This document shows positions 49,680 to 63,763 of a DNA stretch of 64,000 nucleotides, in pieces. The position numbers were made by a program, and so were the translations under genes. The stretch's first letter is position 1; every line of letters begins with the position of its first letter. The stretch is from Selaginella moellendorffii (Eukaryota > Plantae > Lycopodiophyta), in assembly GCF_000143415.4 (NCBI RefSeq), contig NW_003314343.1:558813-622812 (forward strand), in the 5' to 3' direction. The notes below the pieces were generated by a model. It saw only the letters and a program-made list of their open reading frames with translations. It was not told the DNA's origin and searched no databases.

Positions 49680-50537
49680 TCATCGCTTTAAAGTTCGCAA
49701 GAACTGCGATGCCATCTTTATAAGTCCGATCCTGCGATAGGCTTCCAAAGAGATCTTCGTGTGTGGCTGAACCATCGTGTCGGGCTTCTTGGGCAGCGGG
49801 GTTTGGAGCTTGTGCACCGCTGCTTCCAGAGTCTCGAGCTTGTACACAAGGTTGAGACTGTGGATCTTGTCCAGTGCCGCTTCCTGCCTAGTGGAATCGC
49901 GTATGAGCCTGGTGAGGACCTCCCTTGCCATCTCCTGGTGGTCATTGACCGCCTTGAGCTTGATCTGGAGCTCTTCTTCCAGCTTGCGCAGCGCCGCCTC
50001 CTGCCTCTCGCAATCCTCTCTGATCACCTGCTGCGCATCCATCTTTTCCATTGCAAGATTGTTGAAGCTGCTCTGGATCTCGTGCACGCGCTCCATGGTC
50101 TCGTGCTCCATCTTGTGCTGCTCTTCCAACTTGCGCAGCTGCCTTTCCACTTGCTCTTGGAGCTTGTCTTGCCCGATCTTGTGCTGCTCTCCCAGCTTGA
50201 GGTAGTCATCCTGGATCTTTTTGAACACAAGGTTGATGAAGCCAGTCTCGCGATCGTTCAAGCGCTCGACCAGCTTGCGCACTGCCGCTTCCTGGTCGAT
50301 CTTGTGCTGCTCTTCTAGCTTGCTCAGCGCTACTTTGACATCTGCTCGCAGCTTTGTTTGCTCAATCTTGTGCTCCTCTTGAGCCTTTTGCAGTGCCGCT
50401 TCCTGCCTTTTCACGTCCGATTCGAGCTTGCTCAAGGGAGACGGTTTGTTCCTCCGGCTCACCTCCACTTCCAGCTGCTGTTTGATACTGAAATCCATGT
50501 TGTACCTGGAATCGCACGCTCGCTTTTCGGCCTCCAT
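49680..50537 (-). CDS. Uncharacterised coiled-coil protein (285 aa)
   Basis: Intact ORF with GC3-rich codon usage and heptad-like repeats (KLEEQHK, RQEAAL). Confidence 0.65.
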   Translation of the reverse strand: MEAEKRACDSRYNMDFSIKQQLEVEVSRRNKPSPLSKLESDVKRQEAALQKAQEEHKIEQTKLRADVKVALSKLEEQHKIDQEAAVRKLVERLNDRETGFINLVFKKIQDDYLKLGEQHKIGQDKLQEQVERQLRKLEEQHKMEHETMERVHEIQSSFNNLAMEKMDAQQVIREDCERQEAALRKLEEELQIKLKAVNDHQEMAREVLTRLIRDSTRQEAALDKIHSLNLVYKLETLEAAVHKLQTPLPKKPDTMVQPHTKISLEAYRRIGLIKMASQFLRTLKR

Positions 50538-51325
50538 GAAGAAAAAATCTTTTTTAGGTGTGTAAGAATATACCTAGAATATCTAGGCATATTCTAAGAT
50601 ATTCTTGGTAATCAAAGTTTAAAATTAATGTCCTTAATTATCACTGGTTCATCAAATATTTGTTCTCACCATGAGTTGAGAACATGCTCTAAGTATACTC
50701 ATCTGATCCAAGATTTAGTGTTCCCTTTTGATATCAATAAAAACAAATAATATCCCTTATATTCTAAAGTAACCTGGCAAAGAAACAATTGCTTATATAT
50801 AAAGGCTCTTTGGATTATTTTATGTGAAACATAGTCCAATCAGAGAGCTAATTGATTAAAGAGTATTCTAAATATCAGAACAAAATTTATCTAATTTCTC
50901 AATTGTCATTTACATAAAATAAAAACTTTCTAGTTTAGAATTATGAGTGCATAGAATACAAACATATGCATATTAGATTAACTCTAAAACCCTAGTTTAT
51001 TTACAGCAGTGAGTGGTTTAAATTGAAAATAATTCAATAGTTATCAAAATCTCACTACATTAATAGCATTGTAATTATATATTTGGACTTTACATTATCC
51101 TCTCCTTTTAGAAGGATGGAAAACAATTAAAATCCCTTAATTGATAGGCTAGGATTTGAAGGAATATGAAAAGGAGGCACTAGTGAATTTATAGATGGTG
51201 TGATTTATTTCTAATCTTTTTGTACAAAGCACTTTAACCTTTGCACATGCATAATTTCTAAAGGATAGGCTTGTTGAATGTCATGCAAACCTTATAAAGT
51301 TGTGGTCCAACTTGTTACAACATTT

Positions 51326-51727
51326 ATATGCCAAAATTAGTGAAGTTGTCAACACCTCTTAAGATCCACAAATGCTTATTTGCAATTTTCTAAGAAATAA
51401 AAGATGATATAGATTTTAGCAACTTTTATAATGGTGCAATATGATTAGAAAGAAGATAAATAAAATGACTAAAACATTGTACGTGTAACATGTTTATATC
51501 TAAGAACATGATTTATTTTGGGTACCACATTTCTCATGACAAAGTGTATTAACAATATGCAATGCTTCCTCAACAAGGTTTTAGTCATTTTATTTATCTT
51601 CTTTTTAATCATATTGCACCATTATAAAAGTTGCTAAAATCTATTCATCTTTTATTTGCTTAGAAAATTGCAAATGGGCATTTGTGGATCTTAAGAGGTG
51701 TTGACAACTTCATTAATTTTGGCATAT
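51326..51727. repeat. Long inverted repeat (~155-bp arms, ~92-bp spacer)
   Basis: 51326-51480 and 51573-51727 are near-perfect reverse complements. Confidence 0.9.
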
Positions 51728-53220
51728 CATAACTACATTTGACATTTCATCTTGTTTATGAATGCTTCTAATATTGGTCTTAGAGATGTGTTGATTCAAA
51801 AGAGCACAAATGTGTCTGGTCATCACTATCTTATTGCATACATTAGCCATATGTTGTAACTAGCAGAGGTGAATTACCTCATGACAAATGAATGTTTAAT
51901 AGCATTTTGGGGTTTTGAGAAGGTTTATGCATACTTCTATAATTCTTAAATATTGCTAAATGTTGTGGTCATTTTATTATTAAAACAAAAGAACTTAATT
52001 GGTTAGACTACTTAGTGGGCTCTAAAGCTTTAAATATATAATTTCAAAGTTATTCATCGCTAAAGGAGTTTTATACCTAATATTGATGCTCTTTCACTTT
52101 TTTCTTTTGTTACTAATAAGTTTGTTATTCTAATATTTTAAACTAGGATTCCATACTATTGGTATTTAATGTACTTGATATTTAGTGTTCACAAGGTATA
52201 GAGCTATATTTACTTTATCTTGACGAGATTTGGTAATTTTAAAAGGTTGAGCCGTGAATTTAGAAGGTTTTATGATAAGTTTAAGAATTTTAGATCACTT
52301 ACTAATGATTTGCTATTTTAGCATTTACATTCTTTATATCATTCTAAGGATAATCTTTACTTTGTGGGGATTAATCTTGATAATCATTTACAGCTAATAG
52401 TGCCTTCAATCTTTATTCTATGCTTTCTTCACATTTATTCTATTTTAGGCAAGTATATGGGATATCAGCATGTGACTAAGAAGCTTTATTGGCTAGAGAT
52501 ATAACATAATGTTATCCAGTATATAGTGCTAAACTTGTAATGCTCCCCCTCATGCTACAAGAAGATATTTGGATTTAATCATAATTTCATGTCTATCAAA
52601 GTTTGTGGTATTTGACCTGATAAGCAATAAATATGTCATTATTGCTTTTAACTATTTAATTAATTAAGTGAAAGTCTATAATGCACCTATCTCTCTCCCC
52701 AATTGCAGTTGCTTAATGAAAGAGCTTTTAGTGGTTATTTTATCTCTATTTATCCTCTAAAGTTTTAATTATCCATAATAATAATATATCTAAATCTCAT
52801 CCCATGATCATATGCACTATAAAGTCAGTGCTTTTGCTAGTGCATTTGTGACTACTATTAGATACTTCCTCAATCAAGTAGTGTTTGAGCATTTTGTTTA
52901 GAGTGGATTCTCTCAAATGTTTTGCATTTATGGTTGAGGCATGTCACATTTTGACATATCATCGCCATAAACATTGTACCTTGCTGAGGAAGCATTGCAT
53001 ATTGTTAATACACTTTGTCATGAGAAATGTGGTACCCAAAATAAATCATGTTCTTAGATATAAACATGCATTTTGACCACTTCAGTTTCAAATTAACTTC
53101 CTACAACCACTTTAACGCTTTGTGAATATCATGGATATAGTCCTTTTATATCCTCTTTGAGTGGATTAAGATATTAAGAGTAATTTCTAGTATATCATAA
53201 AGAACTTCATCCATCAATTA

Positions 53221-53496
53221 TTAAAAAGTTGCTGAAACATTATTCAACCCAAATAATATAAGCAAAAAGTTGTATAAATTAAATGATGTATGAAAAGTAG
53301 TGTTAAGAACATCCTCCTTAACTAGTAACACTTGACAATACACAGAAGCAAGATTTAATTTAGTGAACCATAACTTTTTCCCAAATGATATAAAAGATTT
53401 AACAATAGTCAAGGCAAAAATGAATACTTCTATCAAGCTTTTGTAAGCTCCTAAGTTTAAACATTTTATGAGATTACTCAACCGAGTATTATTCAA
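53221..53496 (-). mobile_element. Gypsy RT fragment
   Basis: WFTKLNLASVYCQV...TTFHTSFNLYNFLLILFGLNNVSATF. Confidence 0.7.
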
Positions 53497-53763
53497 ACCC
53501 TAACCCTAAATATTCCAAAACCTTTAATTAATTGGAACAAATAGTGCACTTTTATTCTTAAGCCATTTCCTTTTATATTTGAACTTATATATATCATTTA
53601 TCGAGTTGTTCTCTATGATTGCTTACAGCTTTATCATAAGATGAGGTTCACATGCCTAAGAACCACCAAAGGATATCAAGATCTTACTAACAAATATCTA
53701 GGAGAAGCTAAAGAAAGGTATTATTAAAAAATCAAACACAAATCTTGATCTGAGGAATATCTT

Positions 53764-56700
53764 TGTCGCAAATGTGATTATGGATATTGAAAATTACCTA
53801 TTGGCTAATCCTTTTGGATAATTTTTTTTTACTACCACAACGGTAAAAGGTCGGTATTGCTAGACCAGTCTTTGCTGAAACTAGTTGAGAAATTAGTCAT
53901 CATATGTGCATTTACACCAAAAGGGCACTAAGAAAGGAAATCCTAAGTTATCATTAGTCAAACATATTTGATATGGTGATGAGAAACTCATGTGGTTGGC
54001 TTGCACTTATTAGTGTTGGGAACCCCCACAATATTAAGCTTAGTCCCTTAATACTCACGAAGTGATAATTTACCATATTTGCCAAGACACACTCACTATC
54101 ATACCCTATTTGTTAGTTTTGTTAAGTCTTATTGTTTATTTATGGAAAGTGTTTAGATTTACTAATTTGGCATATGTAAAGATTGCCTAAATATGATGAT
54201 GTTGTTCATGTGTCTAAATTTGCAATTTAGCACTATTCCATATTTAGCAAGTTTCAAGCTTATTCCAAAGACTAACTCCTAGTACTAAGGGTGAAAGCTC
54301 AAAGCATGCATTCCTTAGCAGAGGGGCTGTGGGGGGTTTCAAATGTATAATAAGGATAGTGAGTATATGGTTGACCAACTTGAGGTATAGTCTAACTTCC
54401 GCTTGTGTGTTTATCTTTGTTCTATGTCCGACTTGGGTTTAAGCCCAAGTTTTATACCATGTTAATTAATGGAGTACCCATATCCTCACATTAAGCTACT
54501 AGGATGCTGAAATAACTTTAGACGTTGTTTGGCTTTGTTTTGCGTGTTAGTTTTAGCATTGGGATGTTAAAAGCTTTAGAATTATTCCAACATTTCTCCA
54601 TGCTTTTGTCCCTTCACTCCTTGGGTTGAATGCTCAAAAGTCACTCTATGTTTTAGTTCTTTCGCTCCTTGGTTGCAAGCTTGGGAGTTTGGCTCTGTTC
54701 TTTCATTCAATGCCTCAAGGCTTTAAAACTCAGGTTTCGCTTCACTATCTTTGGACACATGGCATGTGACATATGGCACATAGAGGGTTTAGATTCCACT
54801 TTATGATTATCTTATAGTAAATCACTATAAAATAAAGAGTGAAAACCACATGTGCTACATTTGGTATCAAAGGATGAGTCTTAACAAATACTATTCAAGA
54901 AAATTGGGCAACTAGTCTTGTTACATACGCAAAGATAAAAACAATGATCCAAGTGGGTACATATTTAGATGCTCTAACTTCACATTCATTACTTTGATAT
55001 GGATTTTGATTACCTTCTTGTACCATATTGTGTGAGCTTGCATTTAAGCTCATTGAGATGTTCCATTTGCAAGAGTTTGCACTTGGGCTTGTATATAATG
55101 CATATTAGCAATTTAAGATTATGCTTTGAGTTGGCAGGGTTAATGTTAGCCTATTGATAGTTACTACAAGTTGTTTCATGTATCGTAGGTAAGAAAAAAA
55201 GAAGTAAACCTTCCCTGAGTGGAATTGCTCTGAGTGGCAAATAGGCTAGTTTGTAGCTATTTAGCATGTCACTAGTGGATTCTTTCTAGACATGATTATA
55301 AGTGGATCAATCAAAACTATAGTCTATTGTCTATTGGTCTATTGGTTCAAGTAGTTATTACCATACTTTTTCATAAACCTTTTTTGGATTTGACTGAAGG
55401 CAATGTGAACACAAGCTTGAGGTTAATTAAGTTGAGTCTAAAAAGAGAGTCATTAGGGACAAAGGATCAAACATGTAAATTATATTCACTTTTTTCAAAA
55501 GATGATTTAGCAATAAGGTATGATTTCATTTCTTATGTTCACATCATGCAATCAAAGGTCGCTATCTTGATACATGTTGGTAGTGATAATCTTATAAATA
55601 GTGAGTCATGGGATAGATAGTGGTGGAGTGCTAAACCATTATGTCTAGGCTTGCTATTGAAGACTTGGGTTATAATACCCAATTCTTTTCTAGGGAACTT
55701 TGTTATTGCTCCTTGAATAAATTAGTGTTAGATTAGGTTTGAGTTTGGTCTTAAAAAGAGTGGCATAAACTTGTTTATATTGTGAACAAAATTGGTAGTG
55801 TTTGGTGTTATAAATCTTTAGTGATGGGGTGTGGTATATTGTCAAATAAAATTGGCATTTGATACTCACATAAATTTTTGAAGTTATAATGTAGGCATGC
55901 TCATGGTATTGCTCGATTGATGATTAAATCATTGTAATTTTTATCATATCCATATGATAGTGAGCAATGTATTTACAATGTTGTTTGGTTAAATGATGAT
56001 TAACCCTAAAGTGGTTGATAATAAAGCTAGTCTATTTGCAAGTAGTAACATTAAAGTAAATTTGACTTAGTTTTCAATGGTGGTCCATTATATTAAGTTT
56101 GAGTTAGTACCTTGGTTCTTGAGAATTTGCCCATTGAGGTGTTGAAAAAGGTTATAACATCTATTTGCTATAGTTTATTGATAAATCTATTAACACCTAG
56201 AGTAGATTGTTGGATGGAGAAGGTGTGAAGTTTAGGCATTAATATTGTTAGCACTTATGTTAGTGGAAGTGGCATTATTGTTTTGAGTGATAAGGAATTT
56301 TCCTTAGATATTGATTTTTTATGTCATTTTTTTTATTAGTGTTTGACTTCATACTAGATCTTAAAAATGATTGAAAAAGAGTGTTAGTGCAATGTGAATA
56401 TTCAAAGATATAGAGTTTTGGGTATTCATTTGCATTTTAGAATGTCAATGTTGGGTATAAAAAATATGACTATGGTGTTCGATGTTAAGCATGCTGTTAC
56501 ATCATGAGAATTAATGTTATATATAAAAGTGAACCTATATAAAGTTGTAAATAGGAAAAAGTTCGTTAAGTTTTAAAAGTTTGTATTTCTAGACTGAGAG
56601 TCATTGTTTATCTAGGATGGAAATTTTTTCACAATTTCTTTTAGGCTTTTCTAATTGTTGATTTGTTGGTTATTTTTCTTGAAAACCATTTTATTTTTGT

Positions 56701-57240
56701 AAGCCAGTACAAACTAGTGAAAAGGTTAAAGTTAACTTCAATTAGCTTAGACTTTAGTATGTAATTTATATGATGCAGCTTGAAAATGATGCTAACTTCT
56801 TAGGGTTAAGGCAATTAAATTGGATAGAATCTAAAGTTGATGTAGAAAAAGTGGTTGTTGTGCTTTTCTAGAAATATAACTTTTATGCCTTCTTTTATAA
56901 TGTTATACTTGGTGGCAAGATGCACCTTGTATTTCATTATACTCTATAAGAGTAGTGAGTTCTCACTAATTTTGATTTGGTCTCAGTAGTCTTGTGCCTT
57001 GGCTGAGGATAATGATGTTTAACTTAGCTATTTGAGATTGAAGTGTTAGTACTTGAACTATAAATGATGATTTAATAATGATAGATTTACTTTACTAGAT
57101 GGTATTGTGCAGGATCCTGTTGTTAAATTTACATAGTTTTTCTATGTTGGTAGGTTAATTCTACCTCTATCGATATTATTTGGTTGTGTTTAGTCTGTGG
57201 TGTTGAATTATATTATAGGTCAAGTACATGCATAAGTTCT
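53764..57240 (+). mobile_element. Older, truncated copy of the non-coding LTR family
   Basis: LTR 53764-54859 (TG...CA) and PBS tggtatcaaagg at ~54862. The interior is a diverged reverse complement of ~10830 to ~8100. Confidence 0.85.
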
Positions 57241-57289
57241 AGAAGATATTAACAAAAGATTGGCCACAATATGCTCAACTTGATCTACT

Positions 57290-57609
57290 TATTAGTAATC
57301 AAAAGAGAATGATTCAAAATATAATCTAGTTTAAATATAAAGGGAAAAGGCCATGAACAAGGGTGCATCTCATTTTTCAATTAGTTAAAGGTGTTGGGAT
57401 ATTTAGGGTTAAGCATCCTTGGGTTTGAATAATACTAAACTGGATGACTTCTTAGAAATTCCAAATCTAGGAGTTTACATTTGGTATCAAAAGGGTCTCG
57501 GGTATAACTCTATTAGTTGGCTAGGGGAATCATATTACATGTTAAAATTAACATATGGTAAATTTAATTTGCCTCTAGCTGGGCTTGACTTAAAGGGTCA
57601 AGTGTTTAG
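57290..57609 (+). mobile_element. Cassandra-type TRIM, interrupted by the LTR element at 57610
   Basis: 5S-like ggttaagcatccttgggtttgaataatact...; LTR ends ggagtttaca at 57479; PBS tggtatca. Confidence 0.7.
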
Positions 57610-60600
57610 TGTAGCGCATGTGGTTTTGACCCTTTATCCTATGGTGATTTACCATAGGATAACACCACAAAGTGGAACCTAAACCCTTTTTGTGCCACGT
57701 GACAAATGCCATGTATCACACACCACATGTCCATGCCACGTGTCCATAGGAACCCGAGGTTCAGGGCCTTGGGCCACTGAACGAAGGAACAGTGCTAAAC
57801 TCCCAAGCGTGAAGCCAAAGAGTGATGGAACTGAACCACAGAGCAACTCCTAAGCATAAAGCCCAAGGAGCGAAGGGACAAGAGCCCGGAGCGACTTGGA
57901 ACAGTCCTAGAGTAACCAGCATCAAAATGCCAGGACCAGCACGCAAAATGGAGCCAAATAGAGTCTAGCACTATTTTGGCATACCGGTGGCCTAACACGA
58001 GGACATGGGTACTCCCCCAATTAGCATGGAATGGAACTTAGGCTTAGACCCAAGCCAGACGCAGAACAAAGACAGACACGCAAGCGAGAGCTAGACTATG
58101 CCTCAGGTTGGTCAACCATGCCCGACCTACCCACTATCCCTACTATACATTTGGAACCCCCCACCCCCCCCCCCCCCCCTTCAGGAACACACGCTTTGGG
58201 CTTTCACCCCAAGCCTCCCTTAGTATCAGAAGTTAGTCTTTGGGACAAGCTCGAAACTTACTAAATATGGAATGTCCCTAGATTGTGAATTTGGACACGG
58301 GACGAACACCATTGTGTTCAGGATAATCTCTACATTCCGTAGATATACCAAATGAGCAAATCTGGACACTTTCCATAAATAGCATTTGGGACCAAAATGA
58401 GACTAACACAAAGGGCATAATAGGGAGGGTGTTTGGCAGACACAGTAAGCTATTATGTAGCAATATTGAGGGACTAATCTCAATACGTGAGGGTTCTTGT
58501 CAAGCCAGTGCAAGACAAAGCAAAAGAGAACTAACAAGCCGGGCCAAGTATGCTCAACTAAATAGACACTTAGGAATTCCTTCCTTATGCTCATCCGGCC
58601 AAGTACAGATGCAAAGTCTAGTTTACTAACACTTGAACAAGAGGGACTGATAAAGGGTCCAGCAATACCGACCTCCTACTATCGTGGTAGTAAGGTAAGA
58701 GTGTCCGTAAGGACTAGCCAACATGTAACTTTCGATACTTAAAGTCATATTCGTGACACTCTCCCCCCTTAGGGAAGATCGATGTCCTCGTCGATGTATA
58801 CTCGAGTCTAGAATACCGCCAAGGAAATAACTCCAGAAAAAGTTCACGGTACTCACACTATGTGAGAAATGCACCAACTTAAATGAGTTAGGGGGCAACT
58901 TCTTTGTCTAACGCGGATGCGCTACCAGCTCAGACACCTTCCGGCCGTCGCCGACAAGGAAATGACCAACAGAGTCAGCCACCCTTGCTGCTCTGGGAGT
59001 CACCCAGCTTACAAAAGTGTGATACGCCTCTGCCCGCAGGGACATAGAGAAAGAAGCCAGAGGCCCCAACCCTCCTAAGCAAAGAAACCAAACCCGACGG
59101 TAAGGTTTAGATAGACTACTGTAAACAGGCAATTAGAGTTGTTTACACGGTCACGCCCTTTTAATGAAATAAGGAACATCGACAAAGAGGCGGGTGATAT
59201 GACCAGTTGACAGTAGCTACCCCATGACTAAAGATTTCACCATGCACACGAAGTGCCGAAGCCAGTCTGCCTATACTGACCCAAACTCAAAGATCAATAG
59301 ATGGACAATATCAAAGTCAGAGACAATGATATCTTAGAGACTTAATTACTAATAATTAAATCTTAGATTAGAACACAAAAGTATTCCAAGTAAGTTATCA
59401 TCCGATAAACTAGTATTATAGTATAGGAACCACCAAAATCATCAAAATTGGAAAACACAAAATGCACCATCCAACAAAATTCAATAGCTAGTATATCATC
59501 AAGGAAACTCAATGATGAAACTTAACTACCGAGGATGGCAGACAGTATGCCAAACCACTTATGCAAGATAACTCAAAAAACACAAAGTATCATTAACCGA
59601 CAAGCACAATACTCGCGAATGTATCACCCGAAGGAAATAACATCCTAATCTATTAAAACTAACTCAAGCAATAATCAACAGAACAGAATGAATGCGGTAA
59701 AACCAACAAACACCCATTCATGCCAACTATCACAGAAGCCAATCTGAATAGATCTCGGTCAAAAATACCAAGGAACCAGAGTTGCTCAAGCAAGTGTCAG
59801 CAACATCCTATCGATATCTCAAACCCAAGAGACCAATCTAGAGCAAACCACAAAGAACATGTGGTATTGCAAAAAGCCAGAAGTCATAAAAAAGAATAAC
59901 TAACTATCATGAAAGATCATCAATCATCCCATCAATGCAGTGATGCATAATCATTGTCGAAGAAAGAATCTACCATCCTGAAGAATGACAAACCATTCTA
60001 TATCAACAATAATCAAGCAAAATCTTTTGACAAGGACAATCAAATATTCTAGATGATAGTTAATCACCACCAATGATTGCTAAATGCAAAAGCCAACTTC
60101 AACATCGAAGCTAATGAGCAAAAATGCCTTCCCCAACAACTTTTACCAAATGGAATAATGAACATAAAACTCAAATAACCAAAAGCTTGAAGAAGTCTAT
60201 AGCCAAGTCATGCCTAGCAATGATTACAAGTCTCGCATGAACTAACTTCAGTGCTAAAGAAGAAATCATGGTACAACCCATAATATTCTCCTCAACATAT
60301 CCATAAGCTAAATTTCATAATGCCAAAACTAATGAAGAGCATGTTTGCATCAATCCAAAAGCTAAGCATAACGAAGCTATGCTTGGACAAGTGATCACCA
60401 AATGATCCTCCATGAATCCATCTATAACAAGACGTAACTCACTTCATAACAAGCACAAGAAGAATCATTAATGATCGATATATTCCAACTCAAACCTAAT
60501 AAGGATTCAAACTTTCCAATAGCGATCACTAACTTTTCTGCTTGTAGAGTTAGCATAGTCCATGACTGAATCACTTTTCAAGGAAAAGCCAGAACTCAAC

Positions 60601-61590
60601 CCCTACTAAATAATTTCGTCTAGAACACAACTAACTGAATTTGCCACTCAGTTTGTTTGAACGTCAACACAGTTGCTAACTAACAAATGCACGAATGCCA
60701 ACAACACAAACCATAGCCAAATCATCAACACTATCTATATCAAGACTAATGAAACTCGACATCAATCCTAAGGAGAGACATTTCATTTCACCCGAATCTC
60801 GATATCAACAATGTCAATGACAAGGCATTACTTCAATGCCATCAACACCACAACAAAGCTAGAAGAAAGCACGAGTGAATCACCACCCAAAACTCTCTAG
60901 CAACTAAGCTAATCAAAGTCGAAGATACTATACTCAGTATCCGAGACTAGTTTTTCAACAATACTCAGCTATAGATAACACTTCATCAAGGAGTGAATCA
61001 CCACATCCAAGACTCAATGAAATCCAACATTACGAACTAAACGCAACCAAATGATATTGATAGAAGTAGAGTCGAAAGGCCAACATGGAAAACCCATGTA
61101 AGTCTAACAACATGATCCTCTGCAACACCATCCGGTAAAGTAAATCCACCACTGCTAAATTTTCATCGAGTGAAGCAAATGTCAACAGTCCTCAACGGAG
61201 TCTACAAGTAATCACTAGTCGCAAAGCAATCAACAATCACCTTTCAACTTGCCTTCACAAGACCTAAACACTAAACTCATATCATCGAGTCATATACTTA
61301 TCCAACATGAACGTAATACCCCAGGTACAAGATAAAGATTCATGGACAAGCACGAACTAAATGACTACTCGAATCCAACTCAACCGCGATAAGCTCACCA
61401 ATGCATTTAGCCACTAACTCTGAGCATGCCTTAGAAGAGGCTAGCTATACATGATCAACACTCAGTCAAAACTAAAGTGAAGACCATGAGATAAACTCAT
61501 ATTGGTACACAACCTCCTCATAGACAAAGCTATAGTATGGGTACCAACATCTTAACCTTAAATAACTAAGTTGGACATCATTATTCTCAG
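57610..61590 (-). mobile_element. Copy of the non-coding LTR family (3' LTR, PPT, partial interior), interrupted at ~61591
   Basis: LTR 57610-58758 and PPT at 58759. The interior is colinear with 5845-8678, then homology stops abruptly. Confidence 0.9.
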
Positions 61591-61934
61591 TGGGGATGGT
61601 CCAAAGTTGAGTTGAGCTCAATTCAACACAAGTCAACTCAAGTCAACATAGTCAATAAGAAATATTACAAAGGAGATCTAAATTGAACAAATGAAGGTTC
61701 TAGCAAACTTTAAAATATTAAAATACGTAAATATCTAAGTTAAAAGTTTCTATAAGATTGAATTGTTTAAAAAAGACAAAGTTCATGAGAACCTATCTTT
61801 TATAAAACTATATTATTTTATTATGACAACTGTTACAGCTGTCATATTTGATTTGACTACTTAATATTTTGAATACTTTTACAGCTGTAGATACTATTCC
61901 TTCATTCAAAAGAGTTTTTAGGGTTCTTGAGAAG

Positions 61935-62183
61935 ATGGGAAGCAAGGAAAATACAAGATCTGTGAGTAAGAGTTGTAGTGCAAAGGAATGTGAGAATGTT
62001 AATTTTATTTCACTACCACAATCTCCATATTACACTCCTGGTCCTTATTACCCATCTGGGAATGTGGAGACCACTATCACGATTGATAAAAATGCTCCTG
62101 TTACTTCTGAAACAACAGTCCAGAGCAAGAGAAATGAAGAAATGAACAGCACAGCGGAAAGCACCAAGAAATCTACTCCATAA
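61935..62183 (+). CDS. Small Ser/Thr-rich protein (82 aa), homolog of the Sola-element cargo ORF
   Basis: MGSKENTRSVS...ISLPQSPYYTPG...NAPVTSETTVQSK...STAESTKKSTP. Confidence 0.6.
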   Translation: MGSKENTRSVSKSCSAKECENVNFISLPQSPYYTPGPYYPSGNVETTITIDKNAPVTSETTVQSKRNEEMNSTAESTKKSTP

Positions 62184-62658
62184 AACTTTCCATGACATTT
62201 GTAATTTACATATTAATTCATATTAAAAACTCTATTGCTTGCCTATATCGCAATCCTCTCATATGATAAGACCAAGGTATATTTTGCAGTGAATCCTCAT
62301 TAAAAGTTTTTGGGAATTGTTTGTAAATAATGATAAAAGAAATCAAAATCTTTCGAAAGACTCAAAAGTAATATCACATCAAAGAATCAACTTTATCTAC
62401 ACTTCCAAGACTAAAAGGCAATCTCACATGAGAGAATGGTAGCGTGCCAACGTGCTCTACCACTATAATGTGGTCTATATTTCCTTGCAATTTATTTCCG
62501 TAGACATTTGGCATGTGTAGAAAAGAATATATGTGTAGCAAAGTAGGATTCATCATAATGATAGAGCATGTGTATACACGATAATCTAAAATTCTAGAAG
62601 CTCTTATGTTTACAAGAAAGCTATGATTATGAAGCCCCATTTCCAAGACTGACATTTA

Positions 62659-62796
62659 AAGAATCTGAGTATTGTCAGTGTCATAATAAATAAACCTCAT
62701 TCCCAAGAATCTGAGTAATGTCAGTGTCATAATAAATAAACCTCGTTCCCAAGAATCTGAGTATTGTCAGTGTCATAATAAATAAACCGCATTCCC
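62659..62796. repeat. 46-bp tandem repeat x3
   Basis: aagaatctgagta(t/a)tgtcagtgtcataataaataaacc...ttccc at 62659, 62705 and 62751. Confidence 0.95.
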
Positions 62797-62889
62797 AAGA
62801 CTAAAACTTAGTATATAAACTATCTAGAAAAGTTATAGTCATTGTAGGTTTTTTGTTCTCCTTGAGCTCCTTTAGAAGTTTATATTGAA

Positions 62890-63435
62890 ATGGCTCAAAG
62901 GAGACCCATTGCTAATCGTACTTGGCCCCCCAGCCTTTCATATCAATCTCCACCTCCATCCCCAAGTTCTACCAACATTCCACCTTCAACTCTACGTAAC
63001 AATCCTTTTTCTGCTGAGGGCTCTAGTGAAGCTGAATTAGAGCTCCCTATATGTGAAATTCCGGATCTTGCTACTAGAGAGGGATTGCCTTTAGCGCTTC
63101 AAGAACAATGCCACATGTTTTTGCAAGATCTTGCTCCTGACATGGCAGGACTACTTGAAAGCACAGAACACTATTACATTCGGTGTCCAATATGCTACTT
63201 TTTCTTGGACAAGACAAATGGCTCTATGGGTTTACAAATTTTTCTTGAGCACTGTAAGAATTGCCCAACGGCAGGTCTAGAAAATGTGCACATGTGGATG
63301 TACAATAGATTCAAGAATGAGTTACAGACACATACCCACTATCGCTTCATGGTGAGGAACAACATCCCCTTGGGAAACACTACATTGGCTAGTGCAAAAT
63401 ATGGGGTTTTTAGGCCACCCTATAGTGGAATGTAA
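62890..63435 (+). CDS. 181-aa protein with Pro/Ser-rich N-terminus and a putative C2HC zinc finger
   Basis: Intact ORF; IRCPICYFF...FLEHCKNC. Confidence 0.55.
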   Translation: MAQRRPIANRTWPPSLSYQSPPPSPSSTNIPPSTLRNNPFSAEGSSEAELELPICEIPDLATREGLPLALQEQCHMFLQDLAPDMAGLLESTEHYYIRCPICYFFLDKTNGSMGLQIFLEHCKNCPTAGLENVHMWMYNRFKNELQTHTHYRFMVRNNIPLGNTTLASAKYGVFRPPYSGM

Positions 63436-63647
63436 GATCTAGAATTACTTTACTATACTATAGTATTGTCACTATTAAAAGAAAAAATATAATAAAATGA
63501 TATTAGTTGTAGGTAACATACCTTGTTCTAGAAGGTGCTATCATATCACATACAATTGTTTACAAAATGTTGAAGGAGGAGATGGCAACACACAAACGCT
63601 ACAAAGTGATGGTGACAGGTGAGAATGATAATCTATAATTATGGTAT

Positions 63648-63730
63648 CTGACACTGACACTGACATCTGACAATTTTACTGACATCTGACAATTTTACTG
63701 ACATCTGACACTTTCACTGACATCTAACAT
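63648..63730. repeat. 19-bp tandem repeat (actgacatctgacaatttt) x~3.5 plus ctgaca hexamers
   Basis: Directly visible. Confidence 0.9.
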
Positions 63731-63763
63731 ATAACAAGCTTTCCATTTTATGTAAGGATGCAA

